Positions 12,539-24,322 of a stretch of 64,000 nt of DNA are shown in pieces (within the stretch, counting starts at the first letter, position 1; every line of letters starts with the position of its first letter). This DNA comes from Macrostomum lignano (taxonomy: Eukaryota): positions 116,665 to 180,664 of the forward strand of contig NIVC01002363.1 of the NCBI GenBank assembly GCA_002269645.1, written 5' to 3'. A model generated the notes under the pieces. It saw only the letters and a program-made list of their open reading frames with translations, was not told where the DNA came from and searched no databases. A program made the translations under genes and the position numbers.

Positions 12539-14078
12539 TTTCGTAGCCTATGCTTGCCGACGCCACTGTTGTGCTTTTGGCTTTAGCCTTTAGCAATTGT
12601 CAGTCTAGCAGTCTGTTGACCTCTGATGCATCTATCATTTATTTCATAACTCAATAGCATGGTTCAATTCATCAACATAGTCACGTAACAAAAATGTCTA
12701 TGGCAAAGCCATCAACCCACAACACTTAGGCCTAAGTTTAAAGTAATTCATAAGATTTTAAAATTAGGTCCTATGGTTCATATTATATAATTATTAGAAT
12801 TCTTATAGGCCCCCCTAAATATTTTTGAACTTTATAAATAAAATTACATTTTTGGAATAAAACTTCTTAGGCTTTAGCCATTATTTTTAGGCCTAAAGGC
12901 TAGGTTAAATTTTTATTGTTTTGTAGGCCTACATCTATGGACAATGAGTATAATATCCATATAATAAATAGAATAGGCATTGATAAACTTGTTTCTATTT
13001 ATATATATAATATTATACATATAAAGATATACCAATTATACTTATATTATATGCATAGGTCTAGTATAGATTATCATATTAAAATTCATAGACCTAGGCA
13101 TAGCTAGCCCTAGCTAGAATTCTAAATAGTTAGGCCTTGTATATTCAAGTAATTTATTAGGCTCTATTACTTTAGTCTTTTACTAATAGGGCCTAGGCCT
13201 GCCAGTCTTTCCACTTTCACCAAGCTCAAAAAATATATAGCTAGCTAATATAGGTAGCAAGAAATTTTATCTACAGCCATATAATTTGCAGGCTATAGGC
13301 CCTAGGCGGCTAGGCCTATGCCTATTCCTTGTTGACCAAGTGTTAAAACTGAGTTTGACTGTTTCAATAATTTTTTGCTATTACAGTATTAGCAATGCTA
13401 GTTTAAAATAAACCTAGGAAACAAATTATAACCCAAAATGCCCTAGAAAAAATAACGAGAATAACTTAATACTACATAAGAAATATGATTACCATTCAAT
13501 TATTTGACTTGATTTTAAGTTTAAAGTTTGAGTTTCTGTTTCAAACAAAAAATTAAGTCGTTAAGAGTACAATTTTGCTACTGATGTGACGCTGTTAGCA
13601 GTTACACACATAGAGGATGAACATTAAAGTTCATTGAACTGAAGAAAGCGAGAACTAAGTATCAGTAACTAGGCCTAGGCCTAGTCTAAAGTAATGGACT
13701 TCGTGACCGTAGCGAGCGACGGCCCGAACGCACGTGCAAAGAATATCGAGATTTTACGTGTTACAACAAAATGTGTACTATAAAAGTTTTTAGGCTATTC
13801 ATATGTAAAATTTCTGACGCTTGAAATTTAAATATTCAATATTTAATTTAATTTAACATATATTAATTATGTTAAAAACTCTTGACTGGTAGACACTGAG
13901 GCATCGAACAAATTTGATTTGCCACCAAATTTTTTTATTATTTGGGTAGTTCATCTTGTACTTCGTTTTTCTGAGTTAGATTAGCATGCACAAGTACATC
14001 AATATAGGCTTCCATTCCCTGAACGACCTTAAAATGTAATTTGACAATTGTCTGCAATTGACTGGAGCAAGATCTACA

Positions 14079-14302
14079 ATGTCACACTCAACTGGAACGG
14101 CAGCAGATGTTAACTGGATGATCGATGACTATTTCGAACAACTGCTAAAAACTGATAGGGAGGAATTCGGCTATGCATTAGAACTAATGGTAGATGATCT
14201 TCATAGGAAAAAAGAAAAGACAGTCAATCGTTTTATGTGTCATAAAAAAATAAATGAGTTTTTATTCGCACTTTTGCGACTACTAAATGACGAAAACATG
14301 CG
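14079..14302 (+). CDS. ARM-repeat/FN3 protein, exon 1 of 17
   Basis: ATG 14079, MSHSTG..LLNDENM(R), donor CG|GTAAGA. Confidence 0.7.
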
Positions 14303-14575
14303 GTAAGAATTGAATTAAGTCGTAGTTAACTCGTAGTTATATAATCCAAAATACTATTGATTAAAATGCTTAGCAGAAAATATATCAAAGAGCTTAGTAT
14401 TTTTAACTATTTTAAGGTGAAGCTTTTTCCGCCTCTTTAGTTACCATTAAATATTATAAACTACCTCCGTTTGTAAGAAAATTTCATTTTATAGCTGATG
14501 ACGAACTAATCCATTAGCTACATATCATTAGTCATCAGTTAAAGTTCAACTTTCTCAACACAACTGACCCTACAG

Positions 14576-14756
14576 AGTTGCGGGAAATACAGCCTACATC
14601 CTGGGCTGCCTTGCTGAGAGTCAACTGGGCTGCTATAGACTGCTGTCTACTGTCACCAGCAATAAAAAATTCAAAGTTTTACAGTCGCTCGTAAGCATGC
14701 TTACTGTTTCTGACGGTGAAACGGTTATGAATGCTGCTGGTACCATAGGAACTCTG
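14576..14756 (+). CDS. ARM-repeat/FN3 protein, exon 2
   Basis: VAGNTAYILGCLAES..VMNAAGTIGTL (ARM-like); CTACAG acceptor, GTGAGT donor. Confidence 0.8.
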
Positions 14757-14846
14757 GTGAGTTTACCATTTAGGATTTTTTGCATCCAATTTTTCAAGAA
14801 ACATATTAAACTAAAGTAACACATTGGTGTCTATAATTCCATGCAG

Positions 14847-14977
14847 GCTGAGAGTAAAGAAGGTCGAGATTGGATTCTCGACGAAGATTGCCTGCACGAT
14901 CTGATCGATTTCTGTTCCAGCCTGCTGGCCAGTGACAATCAGTGGACAGGCAGCAATGCAGCTCTGGTTCTGGCGAG
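14847..14977 (+). CDS. ARM-repeat/FN3 protein, exon 3
   Basis: AESKEGRDWIL..GSNAALVLA(R); phases 0/2. Confidence 0.8.
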
Positions 14978-14989
14978 GTAAACTGCAGC

Positions 14990-15190
14990 CTGAGTAGCGT
15001 CGCTGAGTAGGGTCTCCTCTATCCCTGAGTTAGGGTATCCTCTCCCTGAGTAGGGTATCCTCTCTCCCTGAGTAGGGTAACCTCTCTCCCTGAGTAGGGT
15101 CTCCTCTCTCCCTGAGTAGGGTCTCCTCTATCCCTGAGTAGGGTCTCCTCTCTCCCTGAGTAGGGTCTCCTCTATCCCTGAGTAGGGCGG
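14990..15190. repeat. 22-bp intronic minisatellite
   Basis: GTCTCCTCT(A/C)TCCCTGAGTAGG tandem copies. Confidence 0.9.
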
Positions 15191-15307
15191 ATCTCCTCTC
15201 TACTTTCCTGTGTAAAGCGACTGCATAAATCAAGCACAGATTACAGCCTATTCAATCGAGTGCAACACAACAATCTCATTGTCTTATCGCCTTGTCAACT
15301 CGATCAG

Positions 15308-15751
15308 ACTGTCAATCAGCGATCGCGGCTGCTCCAAGCTGGCCAATCACACTCAGGCCGCGACCCTGCTCTGCCGTCTTTGCCGAGCACTCGGCTGCGA
15401 CAAAGCCGGTCGCGGCATGAACGCCGCCTTCGCCTTGGGCCGCTTGGTCGACACGCCGCTAGTGTCGACGTTGTCGGGCGCTCCCTGCAGCCTTCTGGAA
15501 CGCCTGTCTACCGACGATCTCAACCGGATGGTGCAGGATCTCGCCGACATGACTGCCAGCTCGGATGGTCAGTCCGCGGCAGCTGATGCCGGCTCGGCTA
15601 AGAACGCCTGCTTCTGCCTGAGCTGCCTGGCTGGCAGCCAGTTCGGCCACGGCCTCGTGCTGGCCGACCAGCAGCTCGCGGCTCGGCTTCTTGTTCGCCT
15701 GGCGCGCCTGCTGACTGGCCCCGATGAGGAGACGGCCTGGTTCGCCGCGCT
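15308..15751 (+). CDS. ARM-repeat/FN3 protein, exon 4
   Basis: LSISDRGC..MNAAFALGRL..KNACFCLSCLA..; donor CT|GTGAGC. Confidence 0.82.
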
Positions 15752-15779
15752 GTGAGCTGGCGGCGCTGATATCGTGGAT

Positions 15780-16310
15780 AGTGATGGTGATGGAGATGTG
15801 ATGGAGATGTGATGGAGATGGTGATGCTGATGCTGATGCTGATGCTGATGCTGATTGTGATGGTGATGGTGATGCTGATGCTGATGCTGATTGTGATGGT
15901 GATGGTGATGCTGATGCTGATTGTGATGGAGATGGTGATGCTGATGCTGATTGTGATGGTGATGGTGATGCTGATGCTGATTGTGATGGAGATGGTGATG
16001 CTGATGCTGATTGTGATGGAGATGGTGATGCTGATTGTGATGGTGATGGTGATGGTGATGCTGATGCTGATTGTGATGGAGATGGTGATGCTGATGCTGA
16101 TGCTGATGCTGATTGTGATGGAGATGGTGATGGTGATGGTGATGCTGATGCTGATTGTGATGGAGATGGTGATGCTGATGCTGATTGTGATGGAGATGGT
16201 GATGCTGATGCTGATGCTGATTGTGATGGTGATGGTGATGCTGATGCTGATTGTGATGGAGATGGTGATGAAGATGGTGAAGGTGATGAAGATGGAGATG
16301 AAGATGGGTG
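15780..16310. repeat. Mosaic GAT/GCT/GGT trinucleotide repeat
   Basis: Intronic; produces the spurious poly-ML and poly-IS ORFs. Confidence 0.92.
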
Positions 16311-16428
16311 TTTTTTTCATGATTATCGATTAATCAATAACTTTTCAAATATTGGCTCATTTGCAATCGTTCGCATCCTACACAAAGCTTTACAATAAAA
16401 TTCCAACAAAATTTTTCCTACACTCCAG

Positions 16429-16507
16429 CGCAATTCGAATTCTGTCTTCCAAGGCGAAAGGTGCAAAGTTTTTGCGCAGCCAACCGCAAGTTGTGGCCAC
16501 CCTGCAG
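16429..16507 (+). CDS. ARM-repeat/FN3 protein, exon 5
   Basis: AIRILSSKAKGAKFLRSQPQVVATLQ; CTCCAG acceptor; phases 2/0. Confidence 0.7.
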
Positions 16508-16611
16508 GTTCGATGGCTTAATATTGCTGCACACTGAGCATTCGACCATAGACAATTGAAGTCAAGGAATAACTCTGTACCCTTTTGCTGCTTTTAAACT
16601 TCTGCTTCCAG

Positions 16612-16717
16612 AAGCTGGCCAGCGACCCGGCTGTGTCGCCAGATTTGAGAGAGGAAATTTTGAGCACTCTGGAGTTTTTGAAACCGCTGGACAAGCCGTT
16701 TCCACCGATGGTTGAGG
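16612..16717 (+). CDS. ARM-repeat/FN3 protein, exon 6
   Basis: KLASDPAVSPDLREEIL..PFPPMVE; donor G|GTAGGC. Confidence 0.72.
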
Positions 16718-16914
16718 GTAGGCCGCGAGCTTCTCATTTTGATCTGGTTTTAGATTTTCCCTCTATCCAAGATTCCCATGCTTGCTGGAAATCTCTCACT
16801 GACTGCTAAAAATGGAAGTGATTTCAACTCATTCTTTTACTGTCTTAAACCCGCTCTTTCCTTGCTCTGCCCTTTCCTTCTCCTTCTTCCCTTTCCTTTC
16901 CTTCTCTTCGTTTC

Positions 16915-17025
16915 CATTCTCTTCTCTTCTCTTCTCTTCTCTTCTCTTCTCTTCTCTTCTCTTCTCTTCTCTTCTCTTCTCTTCTCTTCTCTTCTCTTCT
17001 CTTCTCTTGTCTTCTCTTCTCTTCT
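16915..17025. repeat. (TTCTC)n pentanucleotide microsatellite
   Basis: Direct reading. Confidence 0.95.
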
Positions 17026-17113
17026 ATTCCATTCTTCCATTCCATTCTCTTCCTTTAAAAGCATGTTTAAAATTTTAAATCGATCTAGAGAATTCGACCT
17101 CTGAAAATTGCAG

Positions 17114-17347
17114 TTAGAGGTTGCACCGAGCTCAACATTCGCTGGTTAGCAACCGAGCCTAAAAACGAATTTCCGGTTAGCTACGAGCTGCACTGCGGCC
17201 AGGGCTTGATCTACAGCGGTGAAGAAACCCAGTATTGCTTGAAGAATTTGAGTCCGGCTACCAGTTACGCCTTTCGATTGAGAGTTTGCACGGAGGTGGA
17301 TAAAAGTCCTTTTTCTGAGGCCATTATTGCAACTACGGAAGAGGCAG
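17114..17347 (+). CDS. ARM-repeat/FN3 protein, exon 7 (FN3 no.1)
   Basis: LNIRW..SYEL..IYSG..LKNLSPATSYAFRLRV FN3 signature; donor GTGAGT. Confidence 0.88.
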
Positions 17348-17409
17348 GTGAGTGTTTTTCGAAAGCAGAGTTTGATAACTGGTTTTAGCTGCCAGCTTGA
17401 ATATCGATG

Positions 17410-17790
17410 AGTTGAGAGGCCAGTTTGATTATTGATTAGTTAGGAGGCCAGTTCCATTATCGATTAGTTAGGAGGCCAGTTTGATTATCGATAAGTTAGG
17501 AGGCCAGTTTGATTATCGATTAGTTAGGAGGCCAGTTCCATTATCGATTAATTAGGAGGCCAGTTTCATTATCGATTAGTTAGGAGGCCAGTTTGATTAT
17601 CGATTAGTTAGGAGGCCAGTTCCATTATCGATTAGTTAGGAGGCCAGTTCCATTATCGATTAGTTAGGAGGCCAGTTCCATTATCGATTAGTTAGGAGGC
17701 CAGTTCCATTATCGATTAGTTAGGAGGCCAGTTCCATTATCGATTAGTTAGGAGGCCAGTTCCATTATCGATTAGTTAGGAGGCCAGTTT
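17410..17790. repeat. 28-bp intronic minisatellite
   Basis: AGGCCAGTTCCATTATCGATTAGTTAGG, ~13 head-to-tail copies. Confidence 0.93.
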
Positions 17791-17861
17791 CGTTAACAAT
17801 TAAAAGTCTAGCTTAAAAATCAGTTTGCCAGCACTGCACCAGTCCCCTTCAACTCCCGCAG

Positions 17862-18052
17862 CACCCAGCAAACCGCAGAATATCCGCCTACTGGCATCAA
17901 CGGCAACCCAGCTGAAGGTGGGCTGGGACCCCTCAGCAAGCGGGTCAGTTCGCACCTACATTGTCTATTGCGATGGCAGGCAGGTGGACTGTACAACAGA
18001 GACAACTAGCATTATATCGGGCTTGAGTCCGTGTACTCAGTACTCTATACAG
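17862..18052 (+). CDS. ARM-repeat/FN3 protein, exon 8 (FN3 no.2)
   Basis: PSKPQNIR..LKVGWDP..Y..ISGLSPCTQYSIQ. Confidence 0.88.
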
Positions 18053-18504
18053 GTATGTCAAGAAATATTGCCATTAACGTAGTGCTTCAACTTGAATCCT
18101 ATAATTAAAAGCGAAACAAAATGATTATTAGTTACTTTACTTTCAAGATCCCGAAGCTATAACGATACAAACTTTTGCGGTAAAATTCATGGTCGAAAAT
18201 GATAAATTTCAAGTTTGTTTCTTTGCATGCGTTTGAAGCTGGATTTTGTCTGCATCACTTCAGTGTATCACCTCAAGGCTGTATTGAAAAGTTTTTTTAC
18301 TTTATTACATTCTCTTTGCTTAAAGATTTGACTTTCAACTGTCACAGAAAAGATGAAATTGATGTACATGTACTTCTCACTTCATGGAAATTAGAACTAT
18401 AAGCGCAGTATATGCTATCTCTGTGAATTTAAGTGGAGTAGTCTTCACATTAGGCTTTAAATTTTTAAAAGAATCTTAAGCCTTTCTATTTAAAGTGTGC
18501 ATTG

Positions 18505-18670
18505 AGAGACGAGTGGAAATAGCGGCGATTCAATGTACGTTTGGGGGACGAGTAGAAGCAGGGGTGGGGGAATTCAATGTACATTTGGGGACGAGTGGAA
18601 GCAGGGGTGGATGAGTCATTCTATGTACATTGGGGGACGAGTAGAAGCAGGGTTGGACGAGTCACTCAGT
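18505..18670. repeat. Degenerate ~35-bp tandem repeat
   Basis: GGGGACGAGT(A/G)GAAGCAGGG..AATGTACA, about 4 copies. Confidence 0.6.
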
Positions 18671-18838
18671 GTAAATAAAGGACATATGAAGGCACAGTTG
18701 AACCCATGAAATGCAGATTTTTTACTTTAAATTGCTGAGATTTTTAAGTGTCTCCTGATTTCATTTCTTGGTATCTGTGATCTTACAATCGTTTGTGCTC
18801 ACAAAGACACTAGCTAACTAATTTATTAATGTTTTCAG

Positions 18839-18905
18839 GTATGCGCTTCTTCAAGCAAAGGCAAAAGTGAGCGAGCTGTCCTGCAGGCAACCACTTTAGA
18901 TTTGA
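18839..18905 (+). CDS. ARM-repeat/FN3 protein, exon 9
   Basis: VCASSSKGKSERAVLQATTLDL completes FN3 no.2; TTTTCAG / GTGAGT. Confidence 0.8.
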
Positions 18906-18979
18906 GTGAGTTGATAAAATTCACAAGTAAATACTGATTTTGAAAGTAGTATATTTCGTTTTGCTCAAATAATTGTCAG

Positions 18980-19179
18980 GAGCTCATGCACCTCCAAAGC
19001 CGCAAGTGACGGTGCTTGGCAGGCACGAGATGTCGGTTACCTGGGAGATACCGGAGCAGCCTCTCGGCCGCATCAATCATTACAATGTGGTGCTCAACGG
19101 AAAGAAAGTAGTTTACACTGGCACCGATATGACCTGCAAAGTTACTTCACTGACTGCTGATACCGAATACTTAGTCACG
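18980..19179 (+). CDS. ARM-repeat/FN3 protein, exon 10 (FN3 no.3)
   Basis: APPKPQV..MSVTWE..YNV..VYTG..LTADTEYLVT. Confidence 0.88.
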
Positions 19180-19268
19180 GTAATGCCGATCAGAGAATTA
19201 TCGCATTACACTACTCTTAGTAAGCTGATGAAAGCGCAACAAAATAATTCGTTCCCACGCCACTTCAG

Positions 19269-19338
19269 GTTGTCGTAGTCACTAACGAAGGCAAAGCTGA
19301 GAGTAAAGCCACGAAAAAACGAACAGCTAAGGATGAAT
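19269..19338 (+). CDS. ARM-repeat/FN3 protein, exon 11
   Basis: VVVVTNEGKAES.. completes FN3 no.3; phases 0/1. Confidence 0.78.
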
Positions 19339-19544
19339 GTGAGATTCAAATTATGAAACCAATGATCATGTTTTAAATGATCCACCATAAGGCTGGGCCT
19401 TTAACATTAATTGATTTCTGTTGTTAAAGTTCTTCTGATGTTTTTAAGAAACTTAGGATAGTAAAAGGGTTCACCATGAGACAACTGCACAACTGCAGGG
19501 GAAGAATATTTGAAATGAAAGTTTTTTGTAGGACCTTGGCATTA

Positions 19545-19899
19545 CCTTGCCTTGGGCCTTGGGTGATCAGAGTTTGTAACATTAATAATGTATTGAATAA
19601 TAATTGATTACACCTGCCCTAGCGAGCAGATGTGCAACCGACAGCTCAGCCGCAGCTATTGCGCGGCGCATCTGAAGGCTGCGTACGGCTGTTCAGTCCA
19701 AGGACTGGGGGGTCGCCACACGCACCCTCTGTTACCCCAGCTAATGCTGGCACCCATTTTACAGCTGGGTGAACTGAAGCAATGCAGAGTTAAGTGTCTT
19801 GCTGGCTCAATAACACAAATTGTTCCAAGTAGGTCGAGAATCGAACCCCCTACCTTTCACTCGTAAGTCCGATGCTCTAGCCACTAGGCTAAACCCCCC
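19545..19899 (-). mobile_element. tRNA-derived SINE with CORE-like central domain
   Basis: Minus strand: A box TAGCCTAGTGG, B box GGTTCGATTC, then GCAAGACACTTAAC..TCAGTT..CTGTAAAATGGG resembling the MIR CORE; 3' end uncertain (CAAGG-like repeats near 19545). Confidence 0.7.
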
Positions 19900-19991
19900 T
19901 CAGAGTTTGTGCAGCCATCTGAAATATTAATTAAACTGCATAATGTTTCCTACATCGAAATTTAGCCTCTCCAAACCTTGCCAACATGCAG

Positions 19992-20116
19992 TTGATCCCC
20001 AGAGAGCACCTCTGTGGGCACCGAACAGGCGCTCCTCGCAGACCAGCTTGGCAACTGGTGAACCACCTGCAGGGTCCGCAGGGGATAGCGATAACAGGCG
20101 AGGATCTTTAGCTAAG
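19992..20116 (+). CDS. ARM-repeat/FN3 protein, exon 12
   Basis: DPQRAPLWAP..RRGSLAK; phases 1/0. Confidence 0.7.
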
Positions 20117-20207
20117 GTGAGACCTGTCTAATTTTTGAGTTATCCAATTAAAATCAGGAAAAAAACTTTAAAATACACGGAATCATTCGACTTAAACTTT
20201 TGTCAAG

Positions 20208-20312
20208 ATTGAGCAGCCCCGTTCGCTGAAGCCGCTAGCTGAGAAATCGGACACTTCGCCTCCTGTGGCGGCTCCGCGACGGCGATCTCTGCCGCAGGCG
20301 CCGGAACCGAAG
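20208..20312 (+). CDS. ARM-repeat/FN3 protein, exon 13
   Basis: IEQPRSLKP..RRRSLPQAPEPK; 35 codons; AAG|GTGAGA. Confidence 0.7.
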
Positions 20313-20444
20313 GTGAGACAACAACTGACATGGCTGGTTTACCGTCATTTCACTGTGGAATTCAGCAAAGTTGCCGGCGTCGTAGTTTGTTAACCATCAA
20401 TTCAATGGACGTTTTATGACGTAAACTTACCAGAGCTTGTACAA

Positions 20445-20700
20445 TAGCATGTTCAATAGATATCATAGCATGTTCAATAGATATCATAGCATGTTCAATA
20501 GATATCATAGCATGTTCAGTAGATATCATATAGCATGTTCATAGATATCATATAGCATGTTCAATAGATATCATAGCATTTTCAATAGATATCATAGCAT
20601 GTTCAATAGATATCATAGCATGTTCAATAGATATCATAGCATGTTCAATGGTTATCGTAGCATGTTCAATAGATATCGTAGCATGTTCAATAGATATAAC
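20445..20700. repeat. 21-bp intronic minisatellite
   Basis: TTCAATAGATATCATAGCATG tandem copies. Confidence 0.92.
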
Positions 20701-20790
20701 ATGCTCAATAGATAATAATCATAGCTTGTTAAAACGGACACCACAGCATCTCCATCTTCATACACACGTCAACCGCTAATTTCAATCCAG

Positions 20791-21332
20791 ATACTCCGAG
20801 AGATCCGGGAGCCTCGCCAGGTGACCAGCCTGGCCCCAACCACCCTGGTGTTGGACAGGTTCGGCTCTGAGAGCGGCAGCCGCCTGCGCCGAGTCAGCAA
20901 CGATGAGGTCCGCGCCTCGGTTCACCTTAGCGAACGTCTGCGACCTCAGCCGCAGCCTATGTCTCCGCTGCCGCCGACTCCACCGCTGCCAGACGTTGAG
21001 GCGGAACCTTCGCCGCCATCGCCGACGCCAGGATCGTCTTCGATAGCGTCTGACACTGGCAATCTCGACGCGTCAGCGAGCGCCGCCGTAGCTGCAGTTG
21101 CTGCCGCAGCTGCGCCACAGCTGTCCAGCATGGTGAAGACTCAGCAGCAGTCCAACTTATTCTCATCGTCGATGAAACCTCGAAGAAACGCCAAAACCGA
21201 GCTGGAGCCGCTGTCCATCGGGGATGTGCGGCAACCCGCTCAGCAGCAGCAGCAACCGAAGAGGCAGCGCGTTCGACCACCGAATCGTCGGCGGAAATCG
21301 CAAGAGTCGGTGTGGCTTCAAAGTAGATCACT
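20791..21332 (+). CDS. ARM-repeat/FN3 protein, exon 14 (S/P/Q-rich disordered)
   Basis: ATCCAG acceptor in frame with ORF 20821; donor CT|GTGAGT. Confidence 0.75.
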
Positions 21333-21349
21333 GTGAGTTTTGCTAGCTA

Positions 21350-22590
21350 AGTTCTGGTTCTGAATGAGATGTGTCCTTGAGTTCTGTGTGAGATGTGTCT
21401 TTGATTTCTAGTGAGATGTTTCTTTGAGTTATTGGTGAGATGTGTCTTTGAGTTCTGGGTGACATGTGTCTTTGAGTTCTGTGTGAGATGTGTCTTTGAG
21501 TTATGTGTGAGATGTGTCTTTGAGTTCTGTGTGAGATGTGTCTTTGATTTCTAGTGAGATGTTTCTTTGAGTTATTGGTGAGATGTGTCTTTGAGTTCTG
21601 GGTGACATGTGTCTTTGAGTTCTGTGTGAGATGTGTCTTTGAGTTCTGTGTGAGATGTGTCTTTGAGTTCTGTGTGAGATGTGTCTTTGAGTTCTGTGTG
21701 AGATGTGTCTTTGAGTTCTGGGTGAGATGTGTCTTTGAGTTCTGGGTGAGATGTGTCTTTGAGTTCTGGGTGAGATGTGTCTTTGAGTTCTGTGTGAGAT
21801 GTGTCTTTGAGTTCTGTGTGAGATGTGTCTTTGAGTTCTGTGTGAGATGTGTCTTTGAGTTCTGTGTGAGATGTGTCTTTGAGTTCTGTGTGAGATGTGT
21901 CTTTGAGTTCTGGGTGAGATGTGTCTTTGAGTTCTGGGTGAGATGTGTCTTTGAGTTCTGGGTGAGATGTGTCTTTGAGTTCTGGGTGAGATGTGTCTTT
22001 GAGTTCTGTGTGAGATGTGTCTTTGAGTTCTGTGTGAGATGTGTCTTTGAGTTCTGTGTGAGATGTGTCTTTGAGTTCTGTGTGAGATGTGTCTTTGAGT
22101 TCTGTGTGAGATGTGTCTTTGAGTTCTGTGTGAGATGTGTCTTTGAGTTCTGTGTGAGATGTGTCTTTGAGTTCTGTGTGAGATGTTTCTTTGAGTTATT
22201 GGTGAGAGGTGTCTTTGAGTTCTGTGTGAGATGTTTCTTTGAGTTATTGGTGAGAGGTGTCTTTGAGTTCTGTGTGAGATGTGTCTTTGAGTTCTGTGTG
22301 AGATGTGTCTTTGAGTTCTGTGTGAGATGTGTCTTTGAGTTCTGTGTGAGATGTGTCTTTGAGTTCTGTGTGAGATGTGTCTTTGAGTTCTGTGTGAGAT
22401 GTGTCTTTGAGTTCTGGGTGAGATGTGTCTTTGAGTTCTGGGTGAGATGTGTCTTTGAGTTCTGTGTGAGATGTGTCTTTGAGTTCTGTGTGAGATGTGT
22501 CTTTGAGTTCTGTGTGAGATGTGTCTTTGAGTTCTGTGTGAGATTTTGTCCTCGAGTTCTGGAGTGTGATATACTTTTGAGTTCTGGTTG
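21350..22590. repeat. 24-bp intronic minisatellite (~50 copies)
   Basis: GTGAGATGTGTCTTTGAGTTCTGT; explains the LTQNSKTH and CVRCVFEF ORFs. Confidence 0.95.
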
Positions 22591-22982
22591 AGTTGTAACT
22601 TTTAGTTCTTTGGTTTTACAGACGGAGTTTCTAGGGCACATGTTTGTAGATTAAATTCTATGTCAGCTAACGCATTGGTGGCCTGTTTCACTATTTACAG
22701 CACAATGATTGATGCCAGCTCCTGGTTAAGTTTCAAAAAAGTGATTGGGTCAGTCAGTAAATTATAACAAATCTTTCTAAAAAAATAATTTATTTTTTAT
22801 CTATCTTCCGCTATCAGAACTGAATTTTTAGTTTCTTAGTCTTTTCAAACTTTGCATCGCTTTGAACTTGCTGCTACTTGCTAAATGATTTGAAATTCTG
22901 TTTATTGATTAATTTTTTTACTATCACATTCGTATTTGTCAGGAACAATAAACTTTACCATTCCATAAAAAATTTCAATCAG

Positions 22983-23159
22983 TGTGAACAGAAAGCTAGC
23001 AAAAGACACAGACGACGGCGGTTCAAACGACAACGACGGGTCGGATGCTTTTGGAGGTCGACAGGTCGACTCAGCGACAAATTTGTCTGGCGCTGATGGC
23101 GCTAACATCGTCGGCGGTGGAGGACTGCTTAGTTTGAACTCTCGGTCAAGCACTGATAG
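22983..23159 (+). CDS. ARM-repeat/FN3 protein, exon 15
   Basis: VNRKLAKDTDDGGS..RSSTD; phases 2/2. Confidence 0.65.
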
Positions 23160-23164
23160 GTGAG

Positions 23165-23590
23165 ATGTGCCACTGTGGTGTGACGGGTGCTGTGGGGTGA
23201 TACATGTAAGTGCTGTGGGGCGGTCGGTGCTTTGGGGTAGTGAATGCTATGGGGTAGTGGGTGCTGTGGGTGGTGGGTGCTGTTGGTCGGTGGGTGTTGT
23301 TGGTCGGTGGGTGCTGTTGGTCGGTGGGTGCTATAGGGTGGTGGGTGCTATGGGGTGGTGGGTGCAATGGGGTGGTGGGTGTTATGGGGTGGTGGGTGCT
23401 ATGGGGTGGTGGGTGCTATGGGGTGGGGGTGCTGTGGGGTGATGAGTTCTGTGGGGTGGTGTGTGCTGTGGGGTGGTGGGTGCTGTGGGGTGCGGGTGCT
23501 GTGGGGTGGGGGGTGCTGTGGGGGTGCGGGAGCTGTGGGGTGGGGGGATGCTGTGGGGGTGCGGGAGCTGTGGGGTGGTGGGTGCGCACA
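23165..23590. repeat. G/T-rich degenerate repeat
   Basis: GGGGTGGTGGGTGCT(A/G)T-like units. Confidence 0.85.
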
Positions 23591-24322
23591 CTCTCACAAA
23601 AGCGCTAATTTCTATATGCAATCAGATGTAAAGATAGCAGTGATATCCCATTTCGAATGTTATATGGGAACGAATTTAAAGAAATTAAAAAAGTAAATGC
23701 TAGTTGTATGCATGATTACTGGGTTAATTTTTGCTTGATAAACAGTGCCAAGAACTCTAACAAAGCCATTTAGTTTTAAAGATTTTAGCCAGTTTTCGGC
23801 TAATTCTGTTGAACTTTCTTCCAGGCAGGAATATTTATACCTGTGTCGCCAACGAATGTTCGCCATTTGGACGATGGGGCTTCTGTGGTGGCTTCTCAGA
23901 TTTTAAACATGAAGGTTTTCAGTTCATCTTCCATGTCTGTGTGGCCACTTTCACTTTCAGTGCCCTGCAGCTTTCTAATTGTTTGAAAGCTCGAAGTGAT
24001 CTTTCGTACTGACCCAACCCAGGTCCCTTCCATAGACTTCCAGGGGATTGACGTCATACAATGTTGACTTAATGTCAACTTTAGACAGTAGAATAGAATC
24101 CAAACGGGATCTCAAGGGGATCACTCATCATTTCTGAGGTAATCTTTTGTCCTTACGCTCGTAGCATATATCAGTCAGTGCTGTTGTACACCAAGTGTCT
24201 CAGTGGTTTTATGATTTGACTGTTTTAACTGCCCTCATCATGGAAACCAATTTAGCGTCTCGGAGTTTCCAATTCAACCAACTGGTCCGACAAGTAATCG
24301 CGATTTTGTCTTCAATCCGCAG

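Larger units (their letters stand above)
8115..12724 (-). mobile_element. Full-length Ty3/Gypsy LTR retrotransposon (short-LTR, Mag-like)
   Basis: LTRs TGTTGT..ACAACA at 12567-12724 (5') and 8115-8546 (3'); 5-bp TSD CTTAG; PBS TGGCGTCGG; PPT after 8546; domain order gag-PR-RT-RH-IN. Confidence 0.95.

Noticed and set aside
14495-14540. Hammerhead ribozyme (CTGATGA here and at other sites such as 42044 and 27193)
   Set aside because: No correctly placed GAAA core or three-stem geometry; only a local hairpin.
17410-17790. CRISPR-like arrays (also 39820-40035, 43745-44040, 60960-61130)
   Set aside because: Units are head-to-tail with no unique spacers, no cas genes, eukaryotic context.
19840-19899. 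Functional tRNA gene
   Set aside because: A and B boxes continue into a SINE body and no complete cloverleaf is evident.
21343-22641. Long ORFs LTQNSKTH and CVRCVFEF
   Set aside because: Translations of a 24-bp intronic satellite lying between phase-consistent exons.
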